Below, one piece after another: positions 33,966 through 45,101 of a DNA stretch of 64,000 nt. The notes beneath the pieces were generated by a model that did not search any database, had not been told where the DNA came from, and saw only the letters and a program-made list of their open reading frames with translations. Every line of letters begins with the position of its first letter. Positions within the stretch are counted from its first letter, which is position 1. Both the position numbers and the translations under genes were made by a program. Source of the stretch: an uncultured Pseudomonadota bacterium. Lineage in GTDB: Bacteria > Desulfobacterota > Binatia > Binatales > Binataceae. The stretch lies in assembly GCA_963759165.1 (NCBI GenBank), contig CAVWXK010000001.1, positions 666,260 through 730,259 of the forward strand, written 5' to 3'.

Positions 33966-35389
33966 GTGGTCGGCGGCGTCGGCTCGCTTGTCGATTTGAC
34001 CCTGGAACGGGGCAGCGGAAAATCGCGATGTTTCGTCCAGGCGTTGAACGGAGGCGGCATCCGGCGGATATAGCCGTCGCGTGCAAACGGCCGCAGAAGA
34101 AGCGCAACGGCCCGGCCGAGAATTCGCGCCGCCCACGGATAGCGCGCGATGCGCGCGAAGCGTCGCGCTCCCTTGCGTGCGGCCTCGGCCGCCCACGGCC
34201 ATGCAAGCGACGGGGTTTCCGCGCTCGCCTTGGCGCGAAGATGAAGCAGGATTCGCGGAATATCGATCTTCACCGGGCAGATATCCTTGCACGCGCCGCA
34301 CAGGGTCGAGGCAAACGGCAGATGGTAGGTGGATTTGCCGAACAGCGACGGGCTCACGATGGAACCAATCGGTCCGGGATAAGTCGAGCCGTAAGCATGG
34401 CCTCCGATCCGCGCATAGACCGGGCATACGTTCAGGCACGCGCCGCATCGCAGGCAGTAAAGCGCCTCGCGCAGCACCGGATCGGCAAGCATCGCGCTGC
34501 GCCCGTTATCCAGGATTACCACGTGCATCTCGCGCGGGCCGTCGAGTTCGCCGGGGCGGCGCGGCCCGTTGATGAAGCTGGTGTAGGTAGTGAGTTTCTG
34601 ACCGGTGGCCGTGCGCGCAAGGATCTCGAGGAAGTGGGGCAGGTCATCGAGTTTCGGGATGACCTTCTCCAGCCCCATCAGCGCGATGAACGTGTCGGGC
34701 ATCGTGCTGGTCATGCGGCCGTTGCCCTCGTTCTCGACCAGCACCAGGGTGCCGGTCTCAGCGATCGCGAAATTCACTCCGGTGATTCCGAGGTCGGCGC
34801 CGAGAAAACTTTCCCGCAATCGCTCGCGCGCCATCGCCGTCAGTTCCGCCGGCTCCGCGGTGTAGGGCACGTGCAGCTTGCTCTGGAACAGCTCGCCGAT
34901 GTCTTCCTTGGAGAGGTGGATGGCGGGCGTGATGATGTGCGAGGGCTTCTCGCCGCGAAGCTGAACGATGTACTCGCCGAGGTCGGTCTCCAGCACCTCG
35001 ATCCCCGCGTCCTTGAACGCCGGATTCAGCTCGATCTCCTCGGTGGTCATCGATTTACCCTTGACCACCAACCGGGCGGCGATGTGACCGGCCACCTTCA
35101 GGATGTAATCGCGTGCTTCGGCGGCGTCGGCGGCAAAGAAAACCTTGACGTCCCTGGCCTGAAGCTTTCGCCTGAGTTCGAGCAATAGCTGGTCGAGGCG
35201 GGCGATGGCGTCCTGCTTGATCGCGCGCGCGGCGTCCTTTTCCCGATCGTAGGATGGAAACGCGGCGACGGCGGCGACAACGGAATCGCCGTGACGTCCG
35301 GTGGCGTTCTCGATCTTTCCGCGCAACGCGAGATCCGCCACCGCTTCGCGGCTCGCCTTGACGAACTCTTGTATCGAATCCGATTCCAT
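33962..35389 (-). CDS. lutB: Lactate utilisation protein B (LUD domain + 4Fe-4S ferredoxin)
   Basis: CLRCGACLNVCPVY and CGACKDICPVKIDIP cluster motifs. 475 aa. Confidence 0.85.
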   Translation of the reverse strand: MESDSIQEFVKASREAVADLALRGKIENATGRHGDSVVAAVAAFPSYDREKDAARAIKQDAIARLDQLLLELRRKLQARDVKVFFAADAAEARDYILKVAGHIAARLVVKGKSMTTEEIELNPAFKDAGIEVLETDLGEYIVQLRGEKPSHIITPAIHLSKEDIGELFQSKLHVPYTAEPAELTAMARERLRESFLGADLGITGVNFAIAETGTLVLVENEGNGRMTSTMPDTFIALMGLEKVIPKLDDLPHFLEILARTATGQKLTTYTSFINGPRRPGELDGPREMHVVILDNGRSAMLADPVLREALYCLRCGACLNVCPVYARIGGHAYGSTYPGPIGSIVSPSLFGKSTYHLPFASTLCGACKDICPVKIDIPRILLHLRAKASAETPSLAWPWAAEAARKGARRFARIARYPWAARILGRAVALLLRPFARDGYIRRMPPPFNAWTKHRDFPLPRSRVKSTSEPTPPTT

Positions 35390-35391
35390 TA

Positions 35392-36217
35392 TCAGTGGAT
35401 AAGCGCCACTTGGCGCATCATTCGCATCAGACCTTCACGCGCCGCGTCGGCCGCCGGATGCTCGGGCGCGAGCGAGAGGAAGCTCTGCAGGTCGTCGAGC
35501 GCCGCCTGGAAACATTCGAGCTTCTCGTACAGGCCGGCGCGCTCCAGAATCTCGTTGGGCGAACGCGGTTCGATCAGCAGGATACGATCGAGCGCCGCCA
35601 GCGCCCGCATCCAGTCGGCGGCGCCGGTGTAAATGTTCTTGAGGTTGCGCAACATGCGGCTCAGGATTTGGCGCGTGTCGGCGGTCTTGAGCATCTCCGG
35701 CTGCACCTCGACCGGCTCTCCGTAAATCTGGCGAAGGCGGTCGCGGATGTCATCGAGGTCCAGGATTTGGCCTTTATTGAAAGGATCGATTATCAGCTCG
35801 CCGCGCTGGTCTACCGCCTTGACCAGGAAATGGCTCGGAAACGAAACTCCGTGCAGGTTGAGGCCCAGCCGCCGGCCCACCTCCATGTAAATCACCGAGA
35901 GCGAAATCGGGATGCCGAGGCGACGCTCGATCACGTCGTTCAGGAACGAATTGCGCGGGTCGTTGAATTCCTCGATGTTTCCCGCGAAGCCTTTTTCCTC
36001 GAAAAGGAAATGCGACAAATGCTGGATACGCTCGACCGTGTTCGCGCCGGCGCGCACCAGCGGCTCGGCCTGTCGCGCCAGATCGCGCCAGCGCGTCAAG
36101 ATACTTCCTGACGTCGAGCGTCGGGTATTCTTCCTTCGCGATCAGCAGGGCGCCATGTGCGAGCGGTACGGGTTCGCGCGCCACGAGCCTCGCAAATTCG
36201 CGCCTGGCGTCGTTCAT
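35392..36217 (-). CDS. SirB1-like / transglutaminase-like + TPR protein, frameshifted near 36100
   Basis: MNDARREFARLVAREPVPLAHGALLIAKEEYPTLDVRKYLD is in one frame. ...RWRDLARQ...DPRNSFLNDVIERRLGIPISLSVIY continues in another. Confidence 0.65.
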
Positions 36218-36270
36218 GATTGGATTCCGCCTGGATGAGTCTGCATTCGTACCGTCTGCTTGGCAAGCGC

Positions 36271-37384
36271 TCACGCGGAAGCGATGCCGAGCGCGGCGGA
36301 AATTTCACCCGTTACATCGGAGTCGCGCTCGCGCTTGTTTTGTTTTTCCAACGCGCTACGCGCGGCCGCTCCGCCGAGTTGGCCGAGCGCCCACGCCGCG
36401 TGAGCGCGCACAATCGCCTCAGGCTCCGACTCGAGCGCGCGGACGAGCACGCCTACCGCTTCGCGATTGCCGCTGTTGCCGAGCGCGACCGCGACGTTGC
36501 GCAGCAGGCCCCGGCGTTTGGCGCGTTTGATAGCACTCGCGCGAAAGCGCCGCCGGAATCCTTCTTCATCGAGGGCCATCAGTTCCGGCAGGTACGGAGC
36601 AAGCTCGTCGTTCGCCGGCCCGGCCCCTTCGTCGTTCCACGGACAGACTTCCTGACAGATGTCGCAGCCGAAAATCCAGTTGCCGAGTTTCGGACGCAGT
36701 TCGATCGGGATCGGCTCCGCGCAGCTCGATCGTCAGATACGAAATGCACAGCCGCGCATCCATCAGATAGCCGTCGGCGAGCGCCCGCGTTGGGCACAAA
36801 TCGAGACATCGACGGCATGTGCCGCAATAGTCTCCGTACGGCCGCTCGGGTCCGTCCAGCTCGATATCGGTAAAAATCTCGCTCAGAAACAGGTAGGAGC
36901 CGCTTTCGCGATTGAGGATATTGGTGTTCTTCCCGAACCATCCGATACCCGCGGCATCCGCCCAGTCGCGCTCGAAAACCGGCCCGGTGTCCACATAAAC
37001 GCGCGTCAGGGAGCCGGGTTGCGACGCGGCAAGCGCGCTCGCCACCGCGCGAGCCTTGTCCAAAACGTAGCGATGATAGTCTTCGCCCAAGGCGTAAGAC
37101 GCGATTCGGCCGCGCAGTTCGCGCCGCCAGTCGATTTGCGGAACTCGCGGGGCGTCGTAGGGATAGCCGAGGCTCACGACCGAACGCAGCCGCGGATCGA
37201 GCAGCCGCGGATCGAAGCGGCGTTCGGGCTCTCGCGCCAGGTAATCCATCTCGCCCGCGCGGCCCTCGGCGAGCCAGTCGCGATAGAACGCTTCGCGAGG
37301 AAGCTTCCCGAGTCGCGCGAACCCGACCAGGACAAAGCCCTGCGCGCGCGCCGCTTCAATAATCCTGTCGTTGAGAGCACTCAC
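36271..37384 (-). CDS. queG: Epoxyqueuosine reductase, frameshifted near 36720
   Basis: CGTCRRCLDLCPT...ISYLTIELRG is followed, after a 1-nt shift, by PIPIELRPKLGNWIFGCDICQEVCPWN and HEAT-like C-terminal repeats. Confidence 0.8.
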
Positions 37385-37517
37385 CCCGACCGGTAGAATA
37401 ATACGTATAAAGCGCGACGCGTTAGTCGCCGGGATTTGGCGGCTTGACCGGTCTTTACAACCGCGGCTAGGTTGGAGGTCCGGTCAATTCAATGCCGACC
37501 ATCCTGAGGAGGGCCTG

Positions 37518-37889
37518 ATGGAACAGATTGAGAAAGAATCGAAATCGATTGATCCCGGTACGCCGGGGCTGCTTCTGACCCCGAAAGCGGTCGAGATGGT
37601 CAAGCAGATGCGCGATAAGGAAGGCCTCGGTCATGAGTTGGGGCTCAGGGTTTCCGTGGTCGGCGGCGGATGCTCCGGCTTCCAGTACTCGCTTGCCTTC
37701 GACGAGCGCAAGGAAGGCGATAGCGTGACCACGCTCGACGGATTCAATGTCCTCGTGGATGAGATTTCGCTGCCCTATCTTGCCGGGACCACGTTGGACT
37801 ACGTCGAGGGCTTGCACGGCGCCGGTTTCAAGTTCAACAACCCGCAGGCGGGGCGGACGTGCGGATGCGGCTCGTCGTTTAGCTCCTAG
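37518..37889 (+). CDS. IscA/ErpA/HesB-family iron-sulfur cluster insertion protein
   Basis: RBS GAGGAG. ...GLRVSVVGGGCSGFQY... with C-terminal ...CGCGSSF. Confidence 0.85.
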   Translation: MEQIEKESKSIDPGTPGLLLTPKAVEMVKQMRDKEGLGHELGLRVSVVGGGCSGFQYSLAFDERKEGDSVTTLDGFNVLVDEISLPYLAGTTLDYVEGLHGAGFKFNNPQAGRTCGCGSSFSS

Positions 37890-38043
37890 TCAGATCGGCC
37901 GAAAGCTTCTCGCGCGGAGAGCGGCAAGAACTGCCGCCCTCTCCGCGCCCGCGTCGATTTTCACGGCTTCCGTGTCTGAGCCGGCCGCTTCCGCGGCCGA
38001 CTAATTTCTTGTCCAGCCGGCTTTTGTATAAGATTCTGCCGCT

Positions 38044-38613
38044 GTGGCTCTATCCGGTATCTGGTTCTGGCTGTCGCCCGCCCGCCGTCGCTTCATGCGC
38101 CGGTTGGCCGGGCCCGGAATGCGCAAGCTCAAGGGCAGGCTCCGCGAAATCGGCTCGCGGCCGGCGGTCGGCGTCCTGACGACGCTGCTCGACGCCAATG
38201 CCGAGTTCATGGCCTACGCGCTGTCGAAATCGGGGCCGCTGGGCGCCTACGCCGCTCTCGCCACCGCGAACTCGGTTGAGAGTTGCTTCGGCGCATTGCT
38301 GATTTACTCGGTGAATCTTTTTGCCCGCGACGATTTCGCCCAAAACGACAGCGAACTGGTTACGCTCCTGGCCTCGATTCTCGGATTGAGCCGCGAGCAG
38401 GTGATGCTCAGGCGCGACGCCTTGCGCAAGACTCCGCGCAGCGAAGAGTGGATGCTCTACGCGTGGCTGCTGAAAGATCTCGGTGCGCCGGCGCCGGCGT
38501 TCGACCCGAGAACGGAGGCAAGCTTCGGCTACCAGTATGTGGGATACATGAATCAATACCGCGGCCTCATCGAAGAGCGGCTCAGCGCGGAAAGCCCGCC
38601 GGCACATGTATAA
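38044..38613 (+). CDS. Hypothetical protein (start uncertain)
   Basis: Long ORF with protein-like composition from about MAYALSKSGP... onward. No motif recognised. Confidence 0.35.
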   Translation: MALSGIWFWLSPARRRFMRRLAGPGMRKLKGRLREIGSRPAVGVLTTLLDANAEFMAYALSKSGPLGAYAALATANSVESCFGALLIYSVNLFARDDFAQNDSELVTLLASILGLSREQVMLRRDALRKTPRSEEWMLYAWLLKDLGAPAPAFDPRTEASFGYQYVGYMNQYRGLIEERLSAESPPAHV

Positions 38614-38661
38614 TCCGATGCCGAAAGCGAGCCCTGGTCGCGGTGCGCACAGGAGAAGCGA

Positions 38662-39406
38662 GTGAAAGATTTGGAGAGTAGGGGATTTATCGTAACCGGC
38701 GCCAGTCGCGGAATCGGGCGCGCGATCGCGCTCGAACTCGCGCGTCGCGGCGGCAACATCGCTTTCAATTACATGAAGAGCGAGGAGCCGGCGCGTCAGC
38801 TCGAGAGCGAGCTGCAGGCGCTCGGCGCCAAAACCATCGCAACCCGGTCGACGTTGGCGATTTCAAGGGCGTGCGCGAGATGGTGAACGGACCAAGGCCG
38901 AATTCGGCCACATCGAGGTCTCGTCAACAACGCCGGAGTGACGCGCGACAAGCTGATGATGATGATGAGCGAGGACGATTGGTCTGAGGTGATCCGGACC
39001 AATCTGACCGGCGCCTTCAACTTCGCGCGGGCGGCGGTCTTCATGATGATGAAGGCCAAGCGCGGCTCGATAGTGAACGTCACCTCGGTAAGCGGCGTGG
39101 TCTGGCTCCGCGGGACAGGTGAACTATTCGGCGGCGAAGGCCGGCCTGATCGGGATGACCAAGGCGATGGCCAAGGAGGTCGGCAGGCACAGCGTGCGCG
39201 TCAATGCGCTGGCCCTTGGTTTTATCGAAACCGACATGACCGCGGTACTGCCCGAGGAAAACCGCACGATGGCGCTCAACCTGATTCCATTGGGGCGCTT
39301 CGGAAAAGTGGACGATGTCGCGCCGGTGGCCGCGTTTCTGCTCTCCGACGCCGCATGCTATATCACCGGCGCCGTGATTCAGGTCGATGGCGGCCTCGCG
39401 ATGTGA
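38662..39406 (+). CDS. fabG: 3-oxoacyl-ACP reductase, four frameshifts in this assembly
   Basis: TGASRGIGRAIA, NNAGVTRD and NYSAAKAG...IQVDGGLAM are spread over three frames. Inferred single-base indels lie at about 38846, 38886, 38921 and 39103. Confidence 0.8.
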
Positions 39407-39454
39407 AGCGGGTGCGGCTGGTGCGCGGAAAAACGGGATCAGCGGCGAGCTTGA

Positions 39455-40001
39455 ATGGCCGGCGAAGGTCGAACCATAATCCGAACTATGAACGAAGGCC
39501 ACAAGTCGTTGTTTGACGAGGCCGAAGTACCGCAGGCGTCGCGCGAATTGGCGGAACTGCGCCAGTCCGGGGACTACGTCGCGCCCTTCGAGATCATCCG
39601 TCGTCGCGTAATCGACGATTATTACGAAGGGAAGATGACGATCGATGCGACCGTCGTCATTCAGATCGGGCATACGCGAGGAAACCGAGGCGGCGCGCGG
39701 GGTTGGCGTGGTCAACGCCCTGGACCTCGCCTTGCGCAAAGCCCTGCTCAAGTACTTTCCCTTTCTCGAAGCGGTCCGCGTGACCGAGACCTATACCCAC
39801 GCCAGCGGCGAATCGACCGAAGCCGAAGTCGTATCGATTAAGAAATTCACCGACGGGCATAACGCCTGGACCACCTTGGCCAAGTCGGTCAACACCGTCG
39901 AGGCCGGATGGAAGTCGCTGCTTGACGGCTACGAGTGGCGCATCCACAACCAGAAGGTCAAGATGATGCGGCCCAACCGTCCGCGGGTCTCGCAGCGCTG
40001 A
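39455..40001 (+). CDS. Stand-alone LeuA/CimA C-terminal regulatory (LeuA_dimer-like) domain protein, frameshifted near 39670
   Basis: ...ATVVIQIG then ...EAARGVGVVNALDLALRKALLKYFPFLEAVRV...AWTTLAKSVNTVEAGWKSLLDGYEW. Confidence 0.55.
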
Positions 40002-40495
40002 AGCCGGATGCCGCGATTCGTCAGCGCCGCGCGCCACGCCGGACCGGCGATTCGACCGTCGTGCGGAGAAGCGCGAAGTTGAATCAGGCGGCGCGACGCT
40101 GGAACTCTCCCGATGAGACCGGCAAGGCCTCGTCCGGCAAAATCGCGGTCTTGTTCGACGGCGCATGCCCGATGTGCCGCGCGGCCGCCGAGAGCATGCG
40201 CAAGTTCGACAATGCGGACTCGCTCGAACTCCTCGATTTGCATCGTCCGGATGTCTGTTCGCGGTTTCCGGAGCTCGGGCTTGATCGTCTGCTCGAGGAG
40301 CTTCATGTTGTCGACGACGCCGGGCGCATCTATCGCGGCGCGCGGGCGATCAACGAAATTTTGCGTCATCAGTCCGGCATGAAGCGCTACCTTGCCTACC
40401 TCTGGTACCTGCCGGGCTTTGCCTGGTTGGCGGATTGGCAGTACCGCCGGCTCGCTGCTTCGCGCTACGGCTGCGCCTCAAAGGCCGGTGTTTAG
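39935..40495 (+). CDS. DCC-family thiol-disulfide oxidoreductase (DUF393); start uncertain (possibly GTG at 40061)
   Basis: KIAVLFDGACPMCRAAAESMRKFD...LHVVDDAGRIYRGARA. Confidence 0.65.
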   Translation: MAHPQPEGQDDAAQPSAGLAALKPDAAIRQRRAPRRTGDSTVVRRSAKLNQAARRWNSPDETGKASSGKIAVLFDGACPMCRAAAESMRKFDNADSLELLDLHRPDVCSRFPELGLDRLLEELHVVDDAGRIYRGARAINEILRHQSGMKRYLAYLWYLPGFAWLADWQYRRLAASRYGCASKAGV

Positions 40496-40531
40496 CCGGC
40501 TGCTTGGCGTTGCGACGAGCACGCGGTAACC

Positions 40532-41986
40532 TTGGATGATCGCCCGGTGAAACCGTTCCATATCTACAACACGCTCAGTCGCACGGTTGAGGAATTCAAA
40601 CCCCTGAAGCCCGGAGTGGTGACGTACTACTCCTGCGGCCCAACCGTTTATCTGCGCCAGCATCTCGGCAACATGCGATGCTATCTTTTTGCCGATACGC
40701 TCAAGCGCGCGCTCAGATTCAACGGCTACACCGTCCGCCACGTCATGAATATTACCGACGTCGGGCACATGACCTCCGATGAGGACCTCGGCGAAGACAA
40801 GATCGAGAAAACCGCGCGTGCCGAAGGCCGCAGTCCGCGGGAGGTGGCCGATCGATACACCCGGCTGTTCGAGGACGACCTCGCGCTCCTGAATATCGAG
40901 CCGCCCACGGTGCCTCCCGGCAGATTCTCCCGCGCGACCGAACACATTCCCGACATGCTGGCGCTGATTCAGCGCATCCTCGATCGCGGCTACGCCTACG
41001 TTACGCCGAGCGGGGTCTATTTCGACGTCGAGAAATACCGGGGACCGAACCGGATGGGGCGTCTTTCGCGCCAAAGCCTCGACGAGCAGCACGCGGGGCA
41101 GCGGCTCGAGCATTCGCCCGACAAAAAGAGTCCGCACGATTTTGCTTTATGGGTGCTGAATCAGCCCGAGCACATGATGCAGTGGGATAGCCCGTGGGGG
41201 CGCGGTTATCCGGGATGGCATATCGAGTGCTCCGCGATGGCTATGAAGTATCTGGGCGAAACCATCGACATCCACTCCGGCGGCCTCGACCACGTTCCGA
41301 TACATCATGAGAACGAGATCGCCCAATCCGAGAGCGCGACCGGCAAGCCGTTCGTTCGCTACTTCGTCCACAATGCGTTCCTGGTCGGGATGGAGGGCGC
41401 GAAGATCAGCAAGAGCGCGGGCAAGTTCCCGATCCTCAGCGATCTGACCGACGCTGGCATCCCGGCGCTCGCCTTCCGGCTGTTCTGCCTGGGCGCCAAG
41501 TATCGCTCGGAACTCGCTTTCAGCCCGGAAGCGGTGCGCGGCGCGCGGCGCAACCTCGATTACTTTTCCGAGTTTGCGCGAAACCTGCGCGATGAGATCG
41601 CGAACGGCGATGCCGCGGACGCCGATTGGGCGGGCGTATTCAAAGAGCGATTTCACGAAGCGATCAACAACGATCTCAACACGCCGCAGGCGCTTGCGGT
41701 CGCGCTCGACCTTGTGGCCGAAGCTTATCGGCGCAACGACCATCGAATCTGGAACACGCTGAAGGCTTTCGACATCGTGATGGGGCTTGGCCTGGAGACG
41801 ATGAGATCGGAAACCCGGGAGGCCGAACTCCCTCCCGAAATTTCCCGGCTGATCGCGGAGCGCGACCGGGCGCGAAAGGAAAAAAATTTCGCCCGCTCCG
41901 ACGAGCTTCGCAAGGAGTTGACCGCGCGCGGCTACGAGGTCAAGGACACCGCGGAAGGCTCGACCTACATTCCCAGGGCGGGTTGA
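40532..41986 (+). CDS. cysS: Cysteine--tRNA ligase
   Basis: CGPTVY..HLGNMR (HIGH region) and KISKS (KMSKS). 484 aa. Confidence 0.9.
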   Translation: MDDRPVKPFHIYNTLSRTVEEFKPLKPGVVTYYSCGPTVYLRQHLGNMRCYLFADTLKRALRFNGYTVRHVMNITDVGHMTSDEDLGEDKIEKTARAEGRSPREVADRYTRLFEDDLALLNIEPPTVPPGRFSRATEHIPDMLALIQRILDRGYAYVTPSGVYFDVEKYRGPNRMGRLSRQSLDEQHAGQRLEHSPDKKSPHDFALWVLNQPEHMMQWDSPWGRGYPGWHIECSAMAMKYLGETIDIHSGGLDHVPIHHENEIAQSESATGKPFVRYFVHNAFLVGMEGAKISKSAGKFPILSDLTDAGIPALAFRLFCLGAKYRSELAFSPEAVRGARRNLDYFSEFARNLRDEIANGDAADADWAGVFKERFHEAINNDLNTPQALAVALDLVAEAYRRNDHRIWNTLKAFDIVMGLGLETMRSETREAELPPEISRLIAERDRARKEKNFARSDELRKELTARGYEVKDTAEGSTYIPRAG

Positions 41987-42073
41987 AGGGTGCCGGCTTC
42001 GCCGAAAGAGCGGCTTGAACCGCGGACCGATGCTCTCTTACAATCGATACAGGAGTTCCCAAACAGGTAACCC

Positions 42074-42940
42074 ATGGCGCTTGATCTGAAGAAATTCGAC
42101 ACCAGAATGCAGGGGCAGGCGCCTGAAGTGCGCCGATTGAACCCAGCGGCCGATCCCTACTATTTGCCGATTGGCGACGAAGTGGAAATCTTCACCGCCG
42201 CCTACAGGGCAAGACTGCCGGTCCTGCTCAAGGGTCCGACGGGATGCGGCAAGACGCGATTCGTCGAGCACATGGCGCACGTGCTCGCCGCCACCGCCGA
42301 CGGTCCCAACGAACTGATCACTGTCGCCTGCCATGAGGACCTGACCGGCAGCGATCTGGTCGGCCGCTTCCTCATCCAGTCCGACGAGACGGTGTGGGTC
42401 GACGGCCCGCTCACTCAGGCAGTGCGCCGGGGCGCCATTTGCTATCTCGACGAGGTGGTCGAGGCGCGCAAGGACACCACCGTGCTCATCCACCCGCTTT
42501 CGGACCATCGCCGGATCCTGCCGATCGAGAAGCGCGGTGAAATCCTCGAGGCTCATCCGGGATTTCTTCTGGTGATTTCCTACAATCCCGGCTACCAGAG
42601 CATCCAGAAGAACCTGAAGCATTCGACCCGGCAGCGTTTCGTCACCATCGAGTTCAACTACCCGCCGGCGGCCAAGGAAGCCGAGATCATCGCCCACGAG
42701 GCCAAGGTCGACAGCGATACGGCGATGCAGTTGGCGATGCTCGGTGAGAAGGTGCGCAATCTCAAGGCGTCCGGTCTCGAAGAGGGCGTCTCGACCCGTC
42801 TTCTAATCTATGCCGGGGAGCTGATCGGACAGGGCATCGCGCCGCGCCGCGCCGCTACCGTAGCCGTCACCTGGTCGATCACCGATGAGGCCGACGGCAA
42901 GCGCGCGATCGACGAAGTCGTCAAGGCGATCTTTCCCTGA
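42074..42940 (+). CDS. CbbQ/NirQ/NorQ/GpvN-family AAA+ (MoxR-like) ATPase
   Basis: [18 protein letters not shown] (Walker A) and [10 protein letters not shown] (Walker B). Confidence 0.8.
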   Translation: MALDLKKFDTRMQGQAPEVRRLNPAADPYYLPIGDEVEIFTAAYRARLPVLLKGPTGCGKTRFVEHMAHVLAATADGPNELITVACHEDLTGSDLVGRFLIQSDETVWVDGPLTQAVRRGAICYLDEVVEARKDTTVLIHPLSDHRRILPIEKRGEILEAHPGFLLVISYNPGYQSIQKNLKHSTRQRFVTIEFNYPPAAKEAEIIAHEAKVDSDTAMQLAMLGEKVRNLKASGLEEGVSTRLLIYAGELIGQGIAPRRAATVAVTWSITDEADGKRAIDEVVKAIFP

Positions 42941-43115
42941 GCGTGGCTGGACGGCTCAGAATGACTCGTAGGAGGGCGCTTATTTTTGTCATTCTGAGCG
43001 AAGGCTGCCGGAGCGAAGAATCTCGTTCCCCACATGCGCGCGAAAGCACGTCGCCGCGATAAGTGTAGCGGTGGCAGCGCGCCTTCGAATCAATCTTGCG
43101 ACGCGGTAGCCAATC

Positions 43116-44162
43116 GTGATCGATCTTCGCAGCGATACCGTCAGCCTGCCCTCGCCCGCGATGCGCGAGGCGATCGCCCGCGCCGATTTGGGTGACAACG
43201 TTTACGGCGAAGATCCCACCGTCAACCGGCTCGAAGAGATGGCGGCGGCGATTGTCGGCAAGGAATCGGCGCTGCTGGTTCCCAGCGGCACGATGGCCAA
43301 CCTTATCGCCCTGCTGGTCCATTGCCCGCGCGGAACCAAGGCGATAATCGGCGCGCAGGCCCATACCTACCTCTACGAAGCCGGCGGCGCCTCGGCGCTG
43401 GGCGGCGTTGTGCTGACTCCAATTCATAACACCGAAGACGGCGCGCTCGATTTGGATGAGCTGGCGCAGGAGCTTGAGACAGCCCCCGATCCTCATTTCG
43501 CGCCGCCGGCTCTGGTCGCGCTCGAAAACACGCATAACCGATGTGGCGGCGTGCCGGTGACGCTTTCCGTGATGGAAGAGGTTCGACGCCTGGCCGCGCG
43601 CCGTTCGTTGCCGGTGCATCTGGATGGCGCGCGGATCTTCAACGCGGCGTTGGCGCTGGAGACGACCGCGTCGAAAATCGCTTCGCACGCCGACACGGTT
43701 TCCTTCTGCCTGTCCAAGGGGCTTGCCTGCCCCGTCGGCTCGCTGCTCTGCGGAAGCCGCGAATTTATTGACCAGGCGCGGCGGATGCGCAAAATGCTGG
43801 GCGGCGGGATGCGTCAGGCCGGTATTATCGCCGCCGCCGGAATCGTGGCGCTGGAGACGATGATCGAGCGGCTGGCCGAGGACCATTCCAACGCGCGCGC
43901 GCTCGCGCAGGGGCTGGCCCTGATCGCCGGACTCGGCGTGAAGCCGGAGCCAAGGCGCACCAACATGGTCCTGTTTGACGTGGAGGATGGGGTGGAAGCG
44001 GCGCGCAAGTTGGCGGCGGCGCTAAAAGATCGCGGCGTGCTGGTCTCGTCGCGCGGCGGAGCGAGTTTTCGCGCCGTGACGCACTATGGAATTACACGCG
44101 ACGATATCGATCGGGCGGTAGGGATCGCCGCCGAAGCCATCGCCGAGGTCACGGGAAGCTAA
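43116..44162 (+). CDS. ltaE: Low-specificity L-threonine aldolase
   Basis: MIDLRSDTVSLPSPAMREAIARADLGDNVYGEDPTVN... and SFCLSKGL (PLP lysine region). Confidence 0.8.
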   Translation: MIDLRSDTVSLPSPAMREAIARADLGDNVYGEDPTVNRLEEMAAAIVGKESALLVPSGTMANLIALLVHCPRGTKAIIGAQAHTYLYEAGGASALGGVVLTPIHNTEDGALDLDELAQELETAPDPHFAPPALVALENTHNRCGGVPVTLSVMEEVRRLAARRSLPVHLDGARIFNAALALETTASKIASHADTVSFCLSKGLACPVGSLLCGSREFIDQARRMRKMLGGGMRQAGIIAAAGIVALETMIERLAEDHSNARALAQGLALIAGLGVKPEPRRTNMVLFDVEDGVEAARKLAAALKDRGVLVSSRGGASFRAVTHYGITRDDIDRAVGIAAEAIAEVTGS

Positions 44163-44178
44163 TTGGAGTGACTGAAGC

Positions 44179-44958
44179 ATGAACTCTCTTGAATCCTTGT
44201 TCTCCTTGCGCGGCCACGTTGGCCTGGTGACGGGCGCGTCCTCGGGCCTCGGCGTCGAATGCGCCCGGGCGCTCGCAATCGGTGGCGCCGATGTGGTGCT
44301 GGTCGCGCGCCGCGCCGAGCGGCTCGAAGAAGTCGCCGATGAGATGCGCAAGCTCGGGGTGAGGGCGCTGCCGATCGCGGCCGATGTGAGCGTCGATGCG
44401 GAACTCGATCGCATCGTCGCGACCGCGGCCGCCGAGTTCGGAGAAGTCGATATCCTGGTCAATAACGCCGGCATCTCTCCCACCGGTCGTGCCGAAAGAA
44501 TAACGCGCGAAGCGTGGGACAGCACGATTGCGATAAATCTGACCGCTCCGATGATGTTGTCGCAGAGGGTCGGCCTCCGATTGATCGAGGCCAAAAAGCC
44601 CGGACGCATCATCAACATGGGCTCGATTTACTCGCTCATCGGAAGCGCGGTTTATCGGCTGGTGGCATATGCTGCCGCCAAGGCCGCGCTCGCCAATGTG
44701 ACTCGCCAGCTTGCGATCGAATGGGCCGGCTACGGAATCAACGTCAACGCGTTGGCTCCGGGATGGATTCCCACCGAAGCGACCGAGCTGGGATTGACCA
44801 AGCCCGGCAATCGCGAGCGGATGGAGGAGTTCACGCCGATGGGGCGGCTGGGTCGGCCCGAGGAAATTCGCGGCGCGATCATATTCCTGGCGAGCCCGGC
44901 CGCGAGTTACATCACCGGCACCGTCCTGAGCGTGGATGGCGGCTACACCGCCTGGTAG
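44179..44958 (+). CDS. SDR-family oxidoreductase
   Basis: TGASSGLG, NNAG and YAAAKAA motifs. Confidence 0.8.
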   Translation: MNSLESLFSLRGHVGLVTGASSGLGVECARALAIGGADVVLVARRAERLEEVADEMRKLGVRALPIAADVSVDAELDRIVATAAAEFGEVDILVNNAGISPTGRAERITREAWDSTIAINLTAPMMLSQRVGLRLIEAKKPGRIINMGSIYSLIGSAVYRLVAYAAAKAALANVTRQLAIEWAGYGINVNALAPGWIPTEATELGLTKPGNRERMEEFTPMGRLGRPEEIRGAIIFLASPAASYITGTVLSVDGGYTAW

Positions 44959-45101
44959 TCGTTGCCGTAACCGCGCGTTGACAGCCTCGGCGCCTGACGG
45001 CTCCACGACATAGGTCCTCTTCCCTGCGCCTCCAGTGATTGACCGGTAGTGCCACAAGTGTTGAACTCGCCGGAATCATTCGGCGGCGCGAAAGGTAATT
45101 G

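Noticed and set aside
32034-34073. 679-aa ORF on the + strand.
   Set aside because: It lies antisense to the PTER fragment, lutA and lutC, all of which have clear motifs. Its composition is Arg/Gly/Ala-rich and looks non-protein.
42975-43030. GTCATTCTGAGCGAAGG...GAGCGAAGAATCTC element, which resembles a short dispersed repeat seen in many environmental high-GC genomes.
   Set aside because: Only one copy is in the window, so it cannot be evaluated as a repeat family here. It is noted only as a possible REP/MITE.
42038-45057. Minus-strand ORFs 42038..42697, 42921..43886, 44022..44618 and 44149..45057.
   Set aside because: They lie antisense to the CbbQ-like, ltaE and SDR genes. They are shadow ORFs.
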